45,632 nucleotides of DNA from Welwitschia mirabilis (lineage: Eukaryota), in assembly GCA_051453625.1 (NCBI GenBank), contig JBOZIK010000001.1:37922979-37968610 (forward strand). Reading direction: 5' to 3'. Positions 14,329 through 26,840 of this stretch are shown here, piece by piece. The notes beneath the pieces are model-generated. The model had not been told where the DNA came from and did no database searches. It saw nothing but the letters and a program-made list of their open reading frames with translations. The first letter of the stretch is position 1. Each line of letters opens with the position of its first letter. The translations under genes were made by a program, and so were the position numbers.

Positions 14329-15109
14329 TTCTACCCCTAAATCTTTAAATTTGGGAGATTTTTATAATACTAGATTTGTGAGGGATTGTACTAAAAATAC
14401 TTTGCTAGGAATAACTTATTTTTATTTTCTTCTTGTTATGTATTTTCATAGATTTGAGTACCCCATATTTTGTTGTAAGAGTTTTTAGAAGGGTAATTTT
14501 ATGCTTACATCTTTTATCAAGGCTTTAAGATGTTCTTTCAAAGTTGAATTACTATTAAGCCTATTAAGCCAAGGGGTAGCTGGTTAATTTTATAAAGAAT
14601 TTTTCTTTTTATTTTTCTAAGAGAAGGGAAGTTATAATATTCTAATATTTCAATGTCTTCCTCTTCTTCCTCATCATTTTGAGTGTTATTTTAGGAGGTT
14701 GATACTTCACAAGAAGGAGGATTTATTTTAGTCTACTTTTTAGCACAATCTTATAATCTATTCTTATTTCATTGGTGTTTGGTAAAGGTTGTATTACCAA
14801 TGAGCCTTGTGGCCTTTGGTTTTCTAATATGGTTTGTTGAAGGACATTTACTAAGTTATTAAGTTTAACATTTATTGTTTCTTCTAATTTTTTAAATTCA
14901 TTCAAAAAGTATGAGAGTGGATCATTAGTATGTTGAAAGTTTGATGAACTTAATTGGAAGTTTAAATTTTGGAATTGATTTTTGAAAGGTTGAAAATTAT
15001 TTTGAAAATTTATATTCAATCTACATTATGCTTGATTTGAATTTTTGAAGTTTTAAAATGTTTGATTGAAATCATAAACTTCTTCATGTATTTTCTTTTT
15101 GTATGTTTG

Positions 15110-15900
15110 TAATGGTGGACAATCATTGGTAATGTGATAATTGTCCTCACATAAGTCACAAGTTGGCACAGCATTTCTCTCAATTTCTAATTTAGCATCT
15201 AAAATCATTTTAATATACTTCTCTAGGATTTTTGTAAAGTCTCTAATTATATTTTCATGGTTGTATTCTACCTCCTTTTTCTTATCTAACCTTTTTTAAA
15301 TCTTTGATGAATTGGCCTATAATGTGGGTTTCTTTAGATGTTAGCCAAGTTTGAATAACCTCCACAAGTTTTTCTAATATCTTTTAAGCATTTTCTAATG
15401 TGAGATTTATAAGGTTTCCATCATAAGAGAATTCTACAAGTTATTTTGTATGGCACTCTAGCCCACTATAAACGTAGTTAACTAGTTCTTCTTATGAAAA
15501 AGTGTCTACTAGACTAGAGTGAATTGCTATAAAAAAATGTTCATATGTGGAAGCTTAATCCTTATTGGGTTGTTGTTGAAAGTTTGTTACTTCTTTTGTC
15601 CTTTATTCTAATGGTTTCTTTACTTATGAATCTTCTGATGAAGGTTTTCTAGACTTGATCCCAAGTTTTTAAACTTTTATGGGGTATGGGTTTTAGCCAA
15701 TTTCTAGCTCTTATTTTTAATGTCATAGGAAATATTACCAGATATGTTCTATCACTAATCTTTTCTTTTCCATTTTCTAAGGTAAGAACTAATTTTTCTA
15801 TATTTATAGTATGTTAGAGAGAATTTTCTTCAAATTTATTACTAAAGATTGGATAGGCATTTAAGTTCTTTAATTCAACATAACCTTCTAGGGATAAATA
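15110..15900 (-). pseudogene. Retrotransposon gag with CCHC zinc knuckle, disrupted
   Basis: 15601-15780 minus translates YLVIFPMTLKIRARNWLKPIPHKSLKTWDQV*KTFIRRF (Retrotrans_gag signature), then KEVTNFQQ after a frameshift. 15119-15160 gives CDLCEDNYHITNDC (C-X2-C-X4-H-X4-C). Confidence 0.9.
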
Positions 15901-16561
15901 TAAAGAAGTTTGAATTTCTCATTTTCTATTGGTAAGTAATTCCCTCAGGGTAAGATTTACATTAGGACTAAGGCTTGGAAACCCTACAACTTTCTTTTAT
16001 TTTTAGATAGCACTCAACATTGTAAACTGACTTTCTTCTACAAAATTTTCTTTAATGGGATCTGTTTTAGAAAAAATAAATTTAGGAGGAGGATTGTATG
16101 CATCTAGAGATTATTTTTTCAATTTATTTTCAAAGTCTATCAGTCCTTCTCTAATGTTTTTTTTTCTTTTAATCAATAGCCTTTCTCTCTGATACCTCTT
16201 TTTTAAATTAATCATATCACAGAATCCTGAAAATAAAAAATAATAAAAAATAAGATAAAAATAATATACTATTATCTTGATTATCATGGTAATGATAGAA
16301 GGGATGACACACATAGAAAGTATAAAATAGAAGTTTAATAGAATAGAAACTAAAAACTGAAATCATAGATAGTTATCCTAGCTATCGTGGAGACGATAGA
16401 GTGGATAATAGTTATTTCACTACTAAAAAATAAATTGAAAAACTATAAATAGAAAAAAAATGGTTTCTAATTAAAATACAACATTGCTATAGATAAATAA
16501 CTGAGTGGAAATCTAATGTACTCATCCAAACAATGACAATCCTCATATTCCTTAATAGCCT

Positions 16562-16579
16562 TCCCCGATAATAACACCA
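16562..16579 (-). other. Primer-binding site, Athila/tRNA-Asp type, decayed
   Basis: Minus strand reads TGGTGTTATTATCGGGGA a few nt inside the 5' LTR boundary. It differs from the typical Athila PBS TGGCGCCGTTGCCGGGGA only by C>T and G>A transitions. Confidence 0.8.
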
Positions 16580-16583
16580 ATTT

Positions 16584-17592
16584 TTTTGTGGTGCATATTT
16601 GTGTAAACATTTATGCTCAAAAAGATTCCATAATTCATAAATAAAATAGATATCTTGCATAACATAACACACTAATATAGCTGGAAGTGAACCCGAATGT
16701 TGTATCTCATTAAAGACTATGAGATAAGATTTGAGGATTGATTTTCACACAGAATAAAGTAATCAAAATTAAAGAATAATGTAGAAAATAAAGATGCAAT
16801 GCAAATGGAAATTCAACTAAATCTAAATCACTAAGAAAATTGTCACCAGATCAAGGGCAACATAAACCATAAATGACATCTGATAAACTAATATGTATAA
16901 ATAAAACTAGAGTTTTATATTAAAAATAACTAGCATCTAGGTTATAAAATAGCAAGACCTCAATGGAGGATGCACAATGTCTATTAAGGGAACAACTTTC
17001 TATAACTCTCGAGATGGATCTCTTGCTCTTTGATCTCATGTCATGAAAATTTCTAGTGCATTGAAGATAGAGAGAAGAGTCAAAGAGTGTTTTATTTATA
17101 GGGTTACATAGTAAAACTGTTACACAAAAGGGGATTCAAAACACACTTCATTATAGAAAAGAAACAAATGAAATGAATAAAGATTGGCTAGAAAAGTCAG
17201 TTACAGCATCATCCTAGCTATAATATAGATGACATAAGAGATAACATCTCTTTACAAAAGATTATTCATCAGATGGCTCAGCAGTGTTTCCATAGTCCAT
17301 GTTAGTACCAAATGCAATTGTTGTCCTACCTGTCATGGGGACAATAGAGGGGACAAGAATCTTCTTTATTAATTTTAGTGAGGAGAAGCTAGCCTTTTTT
17401 TTAGTAACCTTCCTTTAAATCTTTGTATATTAGAATATGCCTTGAATTCATCAAATTATGCTAATAATTTCACATTTCTAAGATCTTCCATTAATCCTTC
17501 AAAATCCTTAGAATTACATCTAAACCTATCTGAATGTCCTACAAAATAGCTCATAAAACCCCATAAAATACACACAAATTGATGGTGCATCA
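16584..17592 (-). repeat. 5' LTR of the Athila-type element
   Basis: Direct repeat of 10363-11417; ends ...GGTGCATCA (TGATGCACC on minus); adjacent to the PBS. Confidence 0.9.
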
Positions 17593-18405
17593 CTCTCCTT
17601 TAAGAAAAACTAGAGTCAACTCCTCCTCCTTCTATAATAATTAATTATTCTTTACTAGAATAGAGTTTAATAAATATATCAAGAAATTATTTTTCTCCAA
17701 TATTAGAAAAATTCTACAAACGTCTTCACATCAAATATCTCTAATGAATAAAAAGATCTCACACATCAAGTCTCAAACTCCCTTAAAGAAATCTTGACTT
17801 TTCCTAGCTATTCAGACTTATTAAAAGACTCAAAAAGGAAAATTATATATTTCTTGGTGAAGATAAACTTTTAAAAGTTTGACTAGGAAAAAGAATAGAC
17901 TTGGAAATGAGAAATTGCAAGTGCTAAAGAATATGCATTTTTATCCTCAACAATTATATGATTACTTTGATAATTATGAAAAAGTTATAAATGTAATCAT
18001 ACAGAAGATAGAAAAAGGATGCGATAAAATTACTAGGGTGTTGAACTAATCCCTGAATGACATAAATACTACTAAAAGCAAATTTGTTAAAGTAAAACAT
18101 TAGAAAACATCAAATAAACTTCTCTAAGTCCGTGAAAGTTTTAAGAAAGACATATGTCTTTCTATAGTTAATGAGTAAGATTTTAATTCTTTGAAAAATA
18201 AAAGAGATCAAATTTTAAATTATATGAGGATAATCAAAGAAATCTTCATAGATATCTTCTTCAAAATAGAGGGACGATAAAGAATTCATACTATTCTTTT
18301 TGGGAGTTCTTCTGGGTTGAGAAAATTAAAAAAATCCCCTCCTACTTAGCCTATGAAATAAAAAAAATTTAAGTACTAAAAATGGTAAACAATCAAAAGG
18401 GGAGA
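17593..18405 (+). mobile_element. Ty1/copia RT/RNase H remnant, 3' part, ending in a PPT
   Basis: Degenerate motifs in order: SYSD (~17808), YIFLG (~17845), AKEYA (~17923, ~EAEY.A), GCDK (~18017, ~CDN), IDIFFK (~18248, ~ADIFTK), then AAAAGGGGAGA (18395-18405) followed by TG. Confidence 0.45.
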
Positions 18406-18418
18406 TGCTAAAGGTATT

Positions 18419-20989
18419 CATTGCAGTATAAATTTATGTAATCCTAAAGTCCTTTAGATAAACCTGTAAATCAAATTACTTGAAGAAAAACACATGCTAG
18501 TATAGATGAGAGTTCACCTAAATGTCATAATCCCAATAAAGACACTACGTTCAAAGTTAGAGAATTGATTTTCAAAGGTATTTTTAATCTTTTTATCTTT
18601 TAATAATTGAAAGTAAATAATAAGATAAAATGCAATGAAAAGTAAATGGAGACGAAATGCAAATGAAAGTGGAATGGATTCTATTGGATCCTAATTCTCC
18701 TGTCATAAGAACTAGCTCTCTATAATTTAAATCAATTAAGAAGAGTATTTTACTTATTACTAATTAATGTAAATCATGAGATATACCAAATAGAATATAG
18801 AATATAATGTGGAATGGAAATAAAATAATAATGAAATCTAAACTAACCGAATAAACCTTGACAAAGGTTATCCTTATGATCTAAATAAATTACAGAATTG
18901 TCACTAGATTATAACCAACTTAAACCATAAGGAACATAAACAGAATCTGGGCAAAAAAAGTATTGAATTAATTATAGAACTTTACATCCACTTATAACAA
19001 AGTAGCAGCACCTCAATGGAAGAGACTAGGCCTAACACCAAGGGAACTTCTCTTCATAACTACTAGATGGACCTCTTACTCTTCAATCTTCCATCACAAG
19101 AGCATTGGGTACAAAAGATGGAAATCAAAATGAAGGAGGGGAATATTGTTTATAGTTTTACATTGAATTTCTAGAAGCTCAATCCTACAAGTTGAAAAAG
19201 AAATCCTAATGGCTCAAATGAATTAATAACCTCATTACAAATATAACTCTTTTTGTCCATACAAAAACATCTGTCATCTTGACTATCATGAGGACGATAG
19301 ATGGGACATTACTAAATACAAGTCTCACTATGAACCTTGAAGCTATTGTTCATGTTAGTAGTGCTATCATCGTACTTATTGTGATGATGACAGAGGGGAT
19401 GATGAACTTCCTTATCTTCAATATCAAAGGTAAATTAGTCTTCAGCACAGTACATTCTTTTTCCAAAGTATAAAGTGTCAGAGTATGCCTAAGAAGCCTC
19501 CAAATATGCTAAAAATAACATGTTCTAATGACCATCTTATCATTTATCCCTAATCATTAATATTGCATCCAAACATGTATAAATATCCTACAAAAGTACT
19601 CAAAATACACCATCAAATTCCTACAAATTATCATCGCAAAATATCCTCCTACTTAGTTTTCTTAGTCCCTGAAAAGTGAGTAATAAACTATATTATGAGC
19701 CAATTTAACTAATATAAAATAGCACTAGAAAAATGTAAGTTAAGTATAATTTAATCATCTAGGAATATATTTGAAAAACTAATTAACTAATACAAATACT
19801 AAAATATTCCTAAGCCCTCTACTTAATCATTTTACCATAGAACGAATGAATGTCATACACATACAAAAATCATACAATGTAATATTGACAGTTAAAAAAA
19901 TGATAATGTGTATGCATAATACAAACCATTAATAATGGACTAATATGATAAGATTCAATAGTGCTACCCTCAAAAGAGTAATGCACTTAAGTTGATTAGT
20001 GTAATCCATAAGGGCAAAGGATAAGAGTAGATATAGCATTCTATTTAGATAATCTGAAACATAGCTATAATAAAAATCTATGAGTGTGCTACTATACTCT
20101 TGAAAAATAAAATCCATGAATTTTATTTAATTAACATGGAATATAATCCAAAAAATTCATTATATGTAATGTGAAAGCTCAAAACATGATCCTTTTAATT
20201 TCCAAAATTTGTGCTCAAAATCATAGAAGAAAGATCAGAAAGGTGTTTTACCCCCCAACAGGTCAAGCAAGATGTTTTGAATTATACCATAGGTAAAGGA
20301 TAAGTGTCATCCCACCTATCTTGGGGATGATAGAGTGGGATGATAATGATCAAATAAGCTATTTAGAAGAAAAGACAAAATAAAAAAATTATAAAAGTAA
20401 GCAAACACATGAAAAATAGGAAACAACATAAAAGAAGGTAAAAAATAAAGAAATAGCATGAAAAACATGTCCATGATGGAGAATAACTCATGAAAGAAAG
20501 TGTAAAAATAGAAGAAAATGCACTAATAGAAAGAAGGAATGCATAAAAAATCTGCAAATATGCCTAAACTCATGGAAAAAAAAAGAACTGGAACTTACTA
20601 GATCATAGAAACCTATTAAAAAAGGAATAACAATCCTCTATAGAAACTAAGAAAACACATCAACAAGAAACTATGAAATGATTAGATCCATAATATTATG
20701 TTAAAAAAGTATGGTAATTAACTTTGAAAAATATAACAAAATAGTAAAGAAATAAAAGGAAAATGGATAACTAGGAACCTAAAGAAGATTGCTTACTTAC
20801 CCTAAGCTCTAACCTAATAAATTCCCTTACCAACAATCATAAAATCACTTCATAAAAGATGCATGATAGTATGTAAAAATTTATAAAGTACCACTGAAAT
20901 AGGCAATGATTATGATGATGTCAAGAATGTTTAATGTTATTAAACAATGAATGTTAAGATCAAAAGCTATTAAAATAAGAACTTACAAG
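18419..20989 (-). mobile_element. Second, more divergent Athila-like element: 3' LTR (~18419-19641), PPT region and 3' non-coding region, truncated by a gap
   Basis: Patchy homology to the LTRs of 10363-17592 (attgtcactagatt, taaaccataa, cctcaatgga, ttgcatc, cctacaaaa). A PPT-like junction lies at 19643-19670, and 20760-20960 resembles 12060-12240. Confidence 0.75.
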
Positions 20990-23456
20990 NNNNNNNNNNN
21001 NNNNNNNNNNNNNNNNNNNNNNNNNNNNNNNNNNNNNNNNNNNNNNNNNNNNNNNNNNNNNNNNNNNNNNNNNNNNNNNNNNNNNNNNNTTAGTCTTCCT
21101 CTTTTTCTCAGTGACGTCCTAATGGTCTTCCTCATCAGGTGCTATGGCACCAAGCATTTTTTAGTGGTCCTCTTTAGGTAGCATGGTCAGTTTTATATGA
21201 ATCCCTTATCCCATTAGATGGGAAGGCTTTATGATTCCATTATTAGATGGATGGAAAGAGTTCATGATTCCATCAATTTATTTATTTCCTCTTAGAGTCT
21301 ATATAATTAGTGAAGGCATGTTTCAGTACTATACTATATTATAATGGCAACTCTCAAAGTTGGTCTGACTCATTTTAGCTTATATTCAACATGCATGGTT
21401 CATTTATCTCTTACATATCCTGATGGTTTGTAAATGATAAACTTTGCTCAGACTTATCAATGTAACTTTTGCACGTGATGCTTCTTGATAGAGTATACAG
21501 TTTTTGAAGGGGATTCACATGTAGGAGTTGGTTTTGTTATGGAAAGCATCGTTATGGTCTACGTATATGGGTACTACTTTTTGAGCTTATGCCTTTGGCT
21601 AGTGATAGCTTAGAAATAGATGTACATTTATGCTCTTTTTTTACCAAAATTAATAAAAGATATGTTAAAATATTAGTAATATGTTGTGATATTATTATAA
21701 TATATTATATGTTATTATAGCTAACTTTGTGATGCAGGTCAGTTAGATGGAGTCATGCTACAAAAAGGGAAATTAATTGTAATAACTAGATAGGTGATGC
21801 AAAAATGGAATAAGAAAATCACTAAAATTGCATTTATAAATTACATTATAGCTGAGATAATGGGATCCTTTTTGAGACTTGAAGAAGAGCTAGAAATCAT
21901 GTCTATGTCATAGAAATCACTTTGAGAGAACTGTACAGTGATTTCCTACCTATTGTACTTGTTATTAAAACACAAGAAATGGCTAACTACTATATGTTCT
22001 TAATAGTAATACAAGCTATGTTATTTTGAAAAGCATCTTGTATTGCTAAGTGTGTAACTTGAAGAAGTTGCATGTTGTTATTTTCTTGCTCTTGATATTG
22101 ATCTTAACTAAAGTCAATATTAAGATAGTGTACCAGTGAGAAGTAATTGGTGCGCATAATCTGGCAATATTTTCTTTGTTTCATTTACTTTCATTTCCCC
22201 AAATCCTTTAAATTGTTGTTCATAAGTAGAATAACTATTAGAATATCTCTTTTACCAAGAATAGTCATTCTTGATAAAGTATGAACTTTGATAAAATAAG
22301 AAGAGTCTTTATTTGAGTTAAAATCATAAAAGTACACTCCATATAAAAATTAGTAATGATTAATGTCTATGTGTGCATGGTAATTTAGTCACATATTTTT
22401 CTAGTATTTTAGTAATATAATCATTTTTGTTTAGTATTTTCTTGAATTTAGTTAGCTATTTTATGGTATTTTTAGTTAAATTATAGGCTTATTATAAATG
22501 TACTAGCTTATGGACACCCAAGATGGCTCTTATGCTTTATGTTGAAATTAGATTTAATCTTAGACTAATATTAATCAACATCAACGTAAAACACAAGAAA
22601 AATATAAATATAATGACTTTAAACAAAACAATAGTTTATTATAATAACAAATTCACTTTGTAAATTTACTTACAAACAATAGCTCCTTAATGGAGAAAAC
22701 ATAGCCTAACAACAAGGATAGTCCTTCTTATAAGTAAATGGATCCCTTGCCTAAGAATGCTCTTACCATAAGAAAATTTAATGCTAAGATAACATGTTAA
22801 TAAAAGAATCCTAGAAGGTTAATATGGGTTTAGATGGTGGACTAATTATCTAAAGGACAAACTAGAATAGTTACATTACAATTTTAGCTAAAAATAAAAC
22901 TTGTTCTTTATCATCTACTAGATTCATACTCTAGTTATGCATCCTCTAGTGGTAGATTGAATGTACCTACTTTCTTTTCTAGCACTTTATCCTCTAATTG
23001 TTTATTTTCTAGTGGTACATGAAATCTAGTTGTAAGTGAAATTTGGTTCTTTTCTTAAATTCTCCATACTCTATTTTGATCCACATATGCAAATTATGTT
23101 TTATCTTTATCTTAAATCCTTGGCATCAAAATGCTTAATTTGAATCATTAAACTTCTTAAAATCTCCTATAACCACACTTAGAACCACTAATAATATGGT
23201 CAAGTTAAATAGCTAATAATGTATGTGTGCAAACATTATGATGGTAGCATTAACTTCTCTCTATTTAATTGTTGCATTATATGTTTGTATGAATAGATGA
23301 TTTTTCTATGATATTCATGAAAATATTTAGGGCATTTATATTGTGTTATAAAAGGAATAGTTATGAGGTGTCCCTACATATATTTGTATGTATGTGTGTA
23401 CGTGTGTGTTACACTTTTGGCCATTGCATGAGATTATCATAATGTTTATTCTATTG

Positions 23457-23718
23457 AGATTTTTCCTCTCATTTGTACTAAATAAAAATGAGGAAGAGAT
23501 TCGAGGGATTTCTTTACATTCTTAGTTGATGGAATTACCAATACAGATTTTCCCTTTCATTGAATGATACAAAGATGAGGGAAAGATTTGAGGGATCTCT
23601 TTACATGATTATTTTATGGAATTTCCAATGGACATTTTTCCTCCTATTCAATAATACCAATATGAGAAACAGAGTTAAGGGGTCTCTTTAAATGCTTAAT
23701 CAAGGAAGCTACCAATGT
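23457..23718. repeat. Diverged tandem repeat, ~87-bp unit x3
   Basis: Recurring 'ttttcc..att...atgagg..agatt.gagggat.tctttaca...ggaatt.ccaat' units starting at ~23457, ~23545 and ~23631. Confidence 0.8.
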
Positions 23719-26689
23719 ATTATTTGGCCAAGTGATTAAGATCTTCATTGTATTATTATATAGATACCCATGTTTTTGTATGTATTATTGATTGATTTTG
23801 ATCATTAAATTATGTATCATACATGCATTAAAATTCTCTTATTAGGAATGGATCTTATGATCTTGAGAATCCATTACTAGATATCTCTTATTTTTTTATG
23901 GTATATCTAGTATGCATATGTATATAAGTACATGTGGTATCTTTTGCTGTCATGTACCATCATACTCTTATTCTAATTGAGTTAGTTATTATGTTCTTGC
24001 ATTATTTCTTGCATTGGATCATGCATATGATCACCTGGATGCCCATTGAAATGGACTAAAGGTCTAAGATAGAACTTTATGTAATCTAACTTCCTATGAA
24101 TGAGGATATGCAGGCATGATTTTTTAACTATTGGTGCAACTAACCACTTAAGTGTCCCCTATACATGTTTTCTAGTGAGATCTTAAATAATGGCTTATTA
24201 ATTTATAATTCTAAAATATTTAAATCATATATTAATTAAAAGAATTAATTAATATAAATTATATATAGTTGAGTAATTTGGTCAAGGGGGCTATCATCAT
24301 ATAGATTTTCTAACATATATCCTATGGGTAATTATTGTAATAAATTAACATTTGAACTTATTATGCATATTCTAATTAGTATTAAAAACTATACTACTTA
24401 AGGGTAATCAACGTTTCGGGTATGAAAAATTATACCTCTAAATGTTTAATTACATATAAATAGGAAAATGATCCAAAAGAGTGATATGATGAGATATTAC
24501 AACTAGAATATAATGCTATCAAAAAGATAAAGCTAAAAAATAAAACCTATTAAGCTAAATAAAAAATCAGGTTTGACCCATATAAAAACTACTTCAAGTA
24601 TTGTTTTGCATAAGTTATTTAGTTCTAGTACTCATAGGATCAATGAAATAAAATTGATCCTTCAAATTTTATCAAGATACATGTTTAGAATATAAAATAA
24701 TAGATGGAGCACCAATTACTTACTTATATAAAAATTCATACATGTTAAAATATCTACCAAAAGGCTATGGAACATAGGAAGAAAAAGTTAATTCCTCTTA
24801 GAGAGTAGTCCTATTTAGATAAGAGTTAAGTACATAAATGAAATAGATACCAAAAGATACTTAAGAAGTAGAAAAATATCCTAGATATAATGATGGCTAG
24901 AATTAGATCCTAAACAAATAAGTCTACTCTGCTCATGTAATGTAAGAAAAAGAGATAAACCACCATGACCTATAGAATTATTGGTGGGTCTAGAGGAAGA
25001 GGATCGAATAAGCATAGAAGTCATAAAGATAAAATCAATAAGTAAAATTTTAATCTATTAAATAATTAAAAAAATTATCTAAAAGGCTATAAATAAATTC
25101 ACCATCTCTTTTACATTTAATTCTATCTATAAGATCTAAATTCTAAGAAAGAATGTTTATGTAAAAGAAGGAGCAAAAGCAAATCTACTAGCCATTAGAG
25201 TAATCATAGTTAAATCAACATCTATAGTAGAAGTGCAAGAAGTAAAAGAGTTAGAATTAGTAGAACATTTATTTTGCATTGAGGATTGTAGAAATGGTAC
25301 TAGAATGGATAAGAGTCTTGAGTTAAGATGGATTTAACCTACTTTCTAATAGAAACTAGAATAAAGCCATCATTGAAAAAAGAATGGTCATTAGAAAGAG
25401 ATGAGAAATAGATAAAATAAATGGAAGATTTGGATGAAAGAGAAGAAGATAGAGGTAAAGGAGAAATAATATCTTAATGTCCTTCTTGATGACAATGAAT
25501 ATAAAATCTTGGAAAGTTAAAGTACTTAAATTTTTTAGTAAATGAAGAACCACTTGCTTCTAATTAAGATTAATGGTCATAAAATTGTTTAAATATTTTC
25601 TAATTAAGTTATCTAAATTATTGAATATTTGCAAAAAATGCTCCCTTTATCTAAAACACTTTAAATTTTACTTTTAAGTATGTAAACATTACTAGGGTAA
25701 TTATATTTAATTTGAGATATTCTTTAGTAAAACTTATGATGGGATGTATATTTTTAGAGAACTTTCCTAAGAATACTTTGACTTTTCTTCTTTTTAAAAT
25801 GATTTATTTACTAATAGGATATTTTGAATTTATATAGTTAATGAAAGATATTTAAAAATCAAAGTTTATTTCATTAAGAAAATAGATTAGGATTTTAGAT
25901 GGGTGATGCACATTTTTTTAACATGGAGATAATCTTCATTAAGATAGGGGCCTTTATAAAATTATCTTTTCAACTATACATTCTCTATACAAAGGTTTTC
26001 ATTTCTTCATTGGGTTAGTGATTGAGCAAGCTAGGGTCGAACTTTAATAGAGCCTTTTTTAAGCTAGCTTTAAGTAAATTTTAAATCTCCTCTCTATTCA
26101 AAGTTATAACTAAAGGATTCTTAACAAAAAATCTTCTTTCCCATTAACTTTTATTTTTCATTTAGAGATAGATTTCTTCTCTAATTATATCTGCTAAAGA
26201 ATTTTATAAAGAAATACTATTACTTTTCTCTTCCCTTTCCTTTATTTTAATTCCTTGGTAATATTTTACTCTATTAATGAATACTACTTCATCAAGTTTA
26301 CCTTTGTTTAAAAAAATAATATAAGTAATTTATTATTTATTATTGTTTCTCATGATATTGTTAGATAATTTCATTTGTTAATAATAATTTAAAAGTAAGG
26401 ATTGAAATATAAAGTAAACATTTTAATTTTAGGATTAACGCTCATAGGAACATTACTTTATGCCTCTAGTATCTATAAAGCTTCTTTTGTTCTTACTAAT
26501 TCTTATTTTAAACTTGTAATTTTTTTTTATTTTATCTTTTAATAAAGAAGATTCATCTTTTAAGGTTGTAATCTTTGCCTCATTTTTCATAAATTTATCT
26601 ATTTAATACTCGGCTTTAGTGTTTATGGAAAAGGCAAGACTTTAAATTTTTTATTAACAGGTTATTTTTAAAATATACAATAAGGTATT

Positions 26690-26840
26690 CTAAAATTGTG
26701 TCTATAATACTCTCTTTATTACTTATGCCACCTCTTCCAAAGCTAGAAACAACATGGTCACACATCCATCTTGTGGGTATATTTTCATGTGTTTTAAAAT
26801 CAATCTAGGTCATCATCAAAGTATCAAAATAAGTTTTTAG
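26690..26840 (-). mobile_element. Possible gypsy gag fragment
   Basis: Frameshifted minus translation ILKHMKI/PTRWM...MLFLALEEVA* loosely resembles gag 'VP...WV..A...L.G.A..W'. Confidence 0.3.

Larger units (their letters stand above)
10363..17592 (-). mobile_element. Athila-type Ty3/gypsy LTR retrotransposon, decayed, apparently gag+protease only (non-autonomous)
   Basis: Two ~1-kb direct repeats (LTRs); termini TGTTGCA...TGCATCA; flanks CTCTT (10358-10362) and CTCTC (17593-17597) form a 4/5 TSD; Athila-type PBS and PPT context; gag with CCHC knuckle and aspartic protease on the minus strand. Confidence 0.9.

Noticed and set aside
14723..15019. N/Q/F-rich 98-aa ORF as an independent gene
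   Set aside because: It lies between the gag zinc knuckle and the protease on the same strand, so it is the polyprotein's low-complexity linker.
21090..22200. Possible gene or DNA-transposon exon remnants (slightly higher GC, splice-like tgcag/gt at ~21735)
   Set aside because: Frames are broken and I could not name a protein motif; needs a translated search.
24430..25800. Possible plus-strand gypsy gag/protease remnant
   Set aside because: Only faint motif echoes (e.g. LGMDWL-like near 25738); not enough to call.
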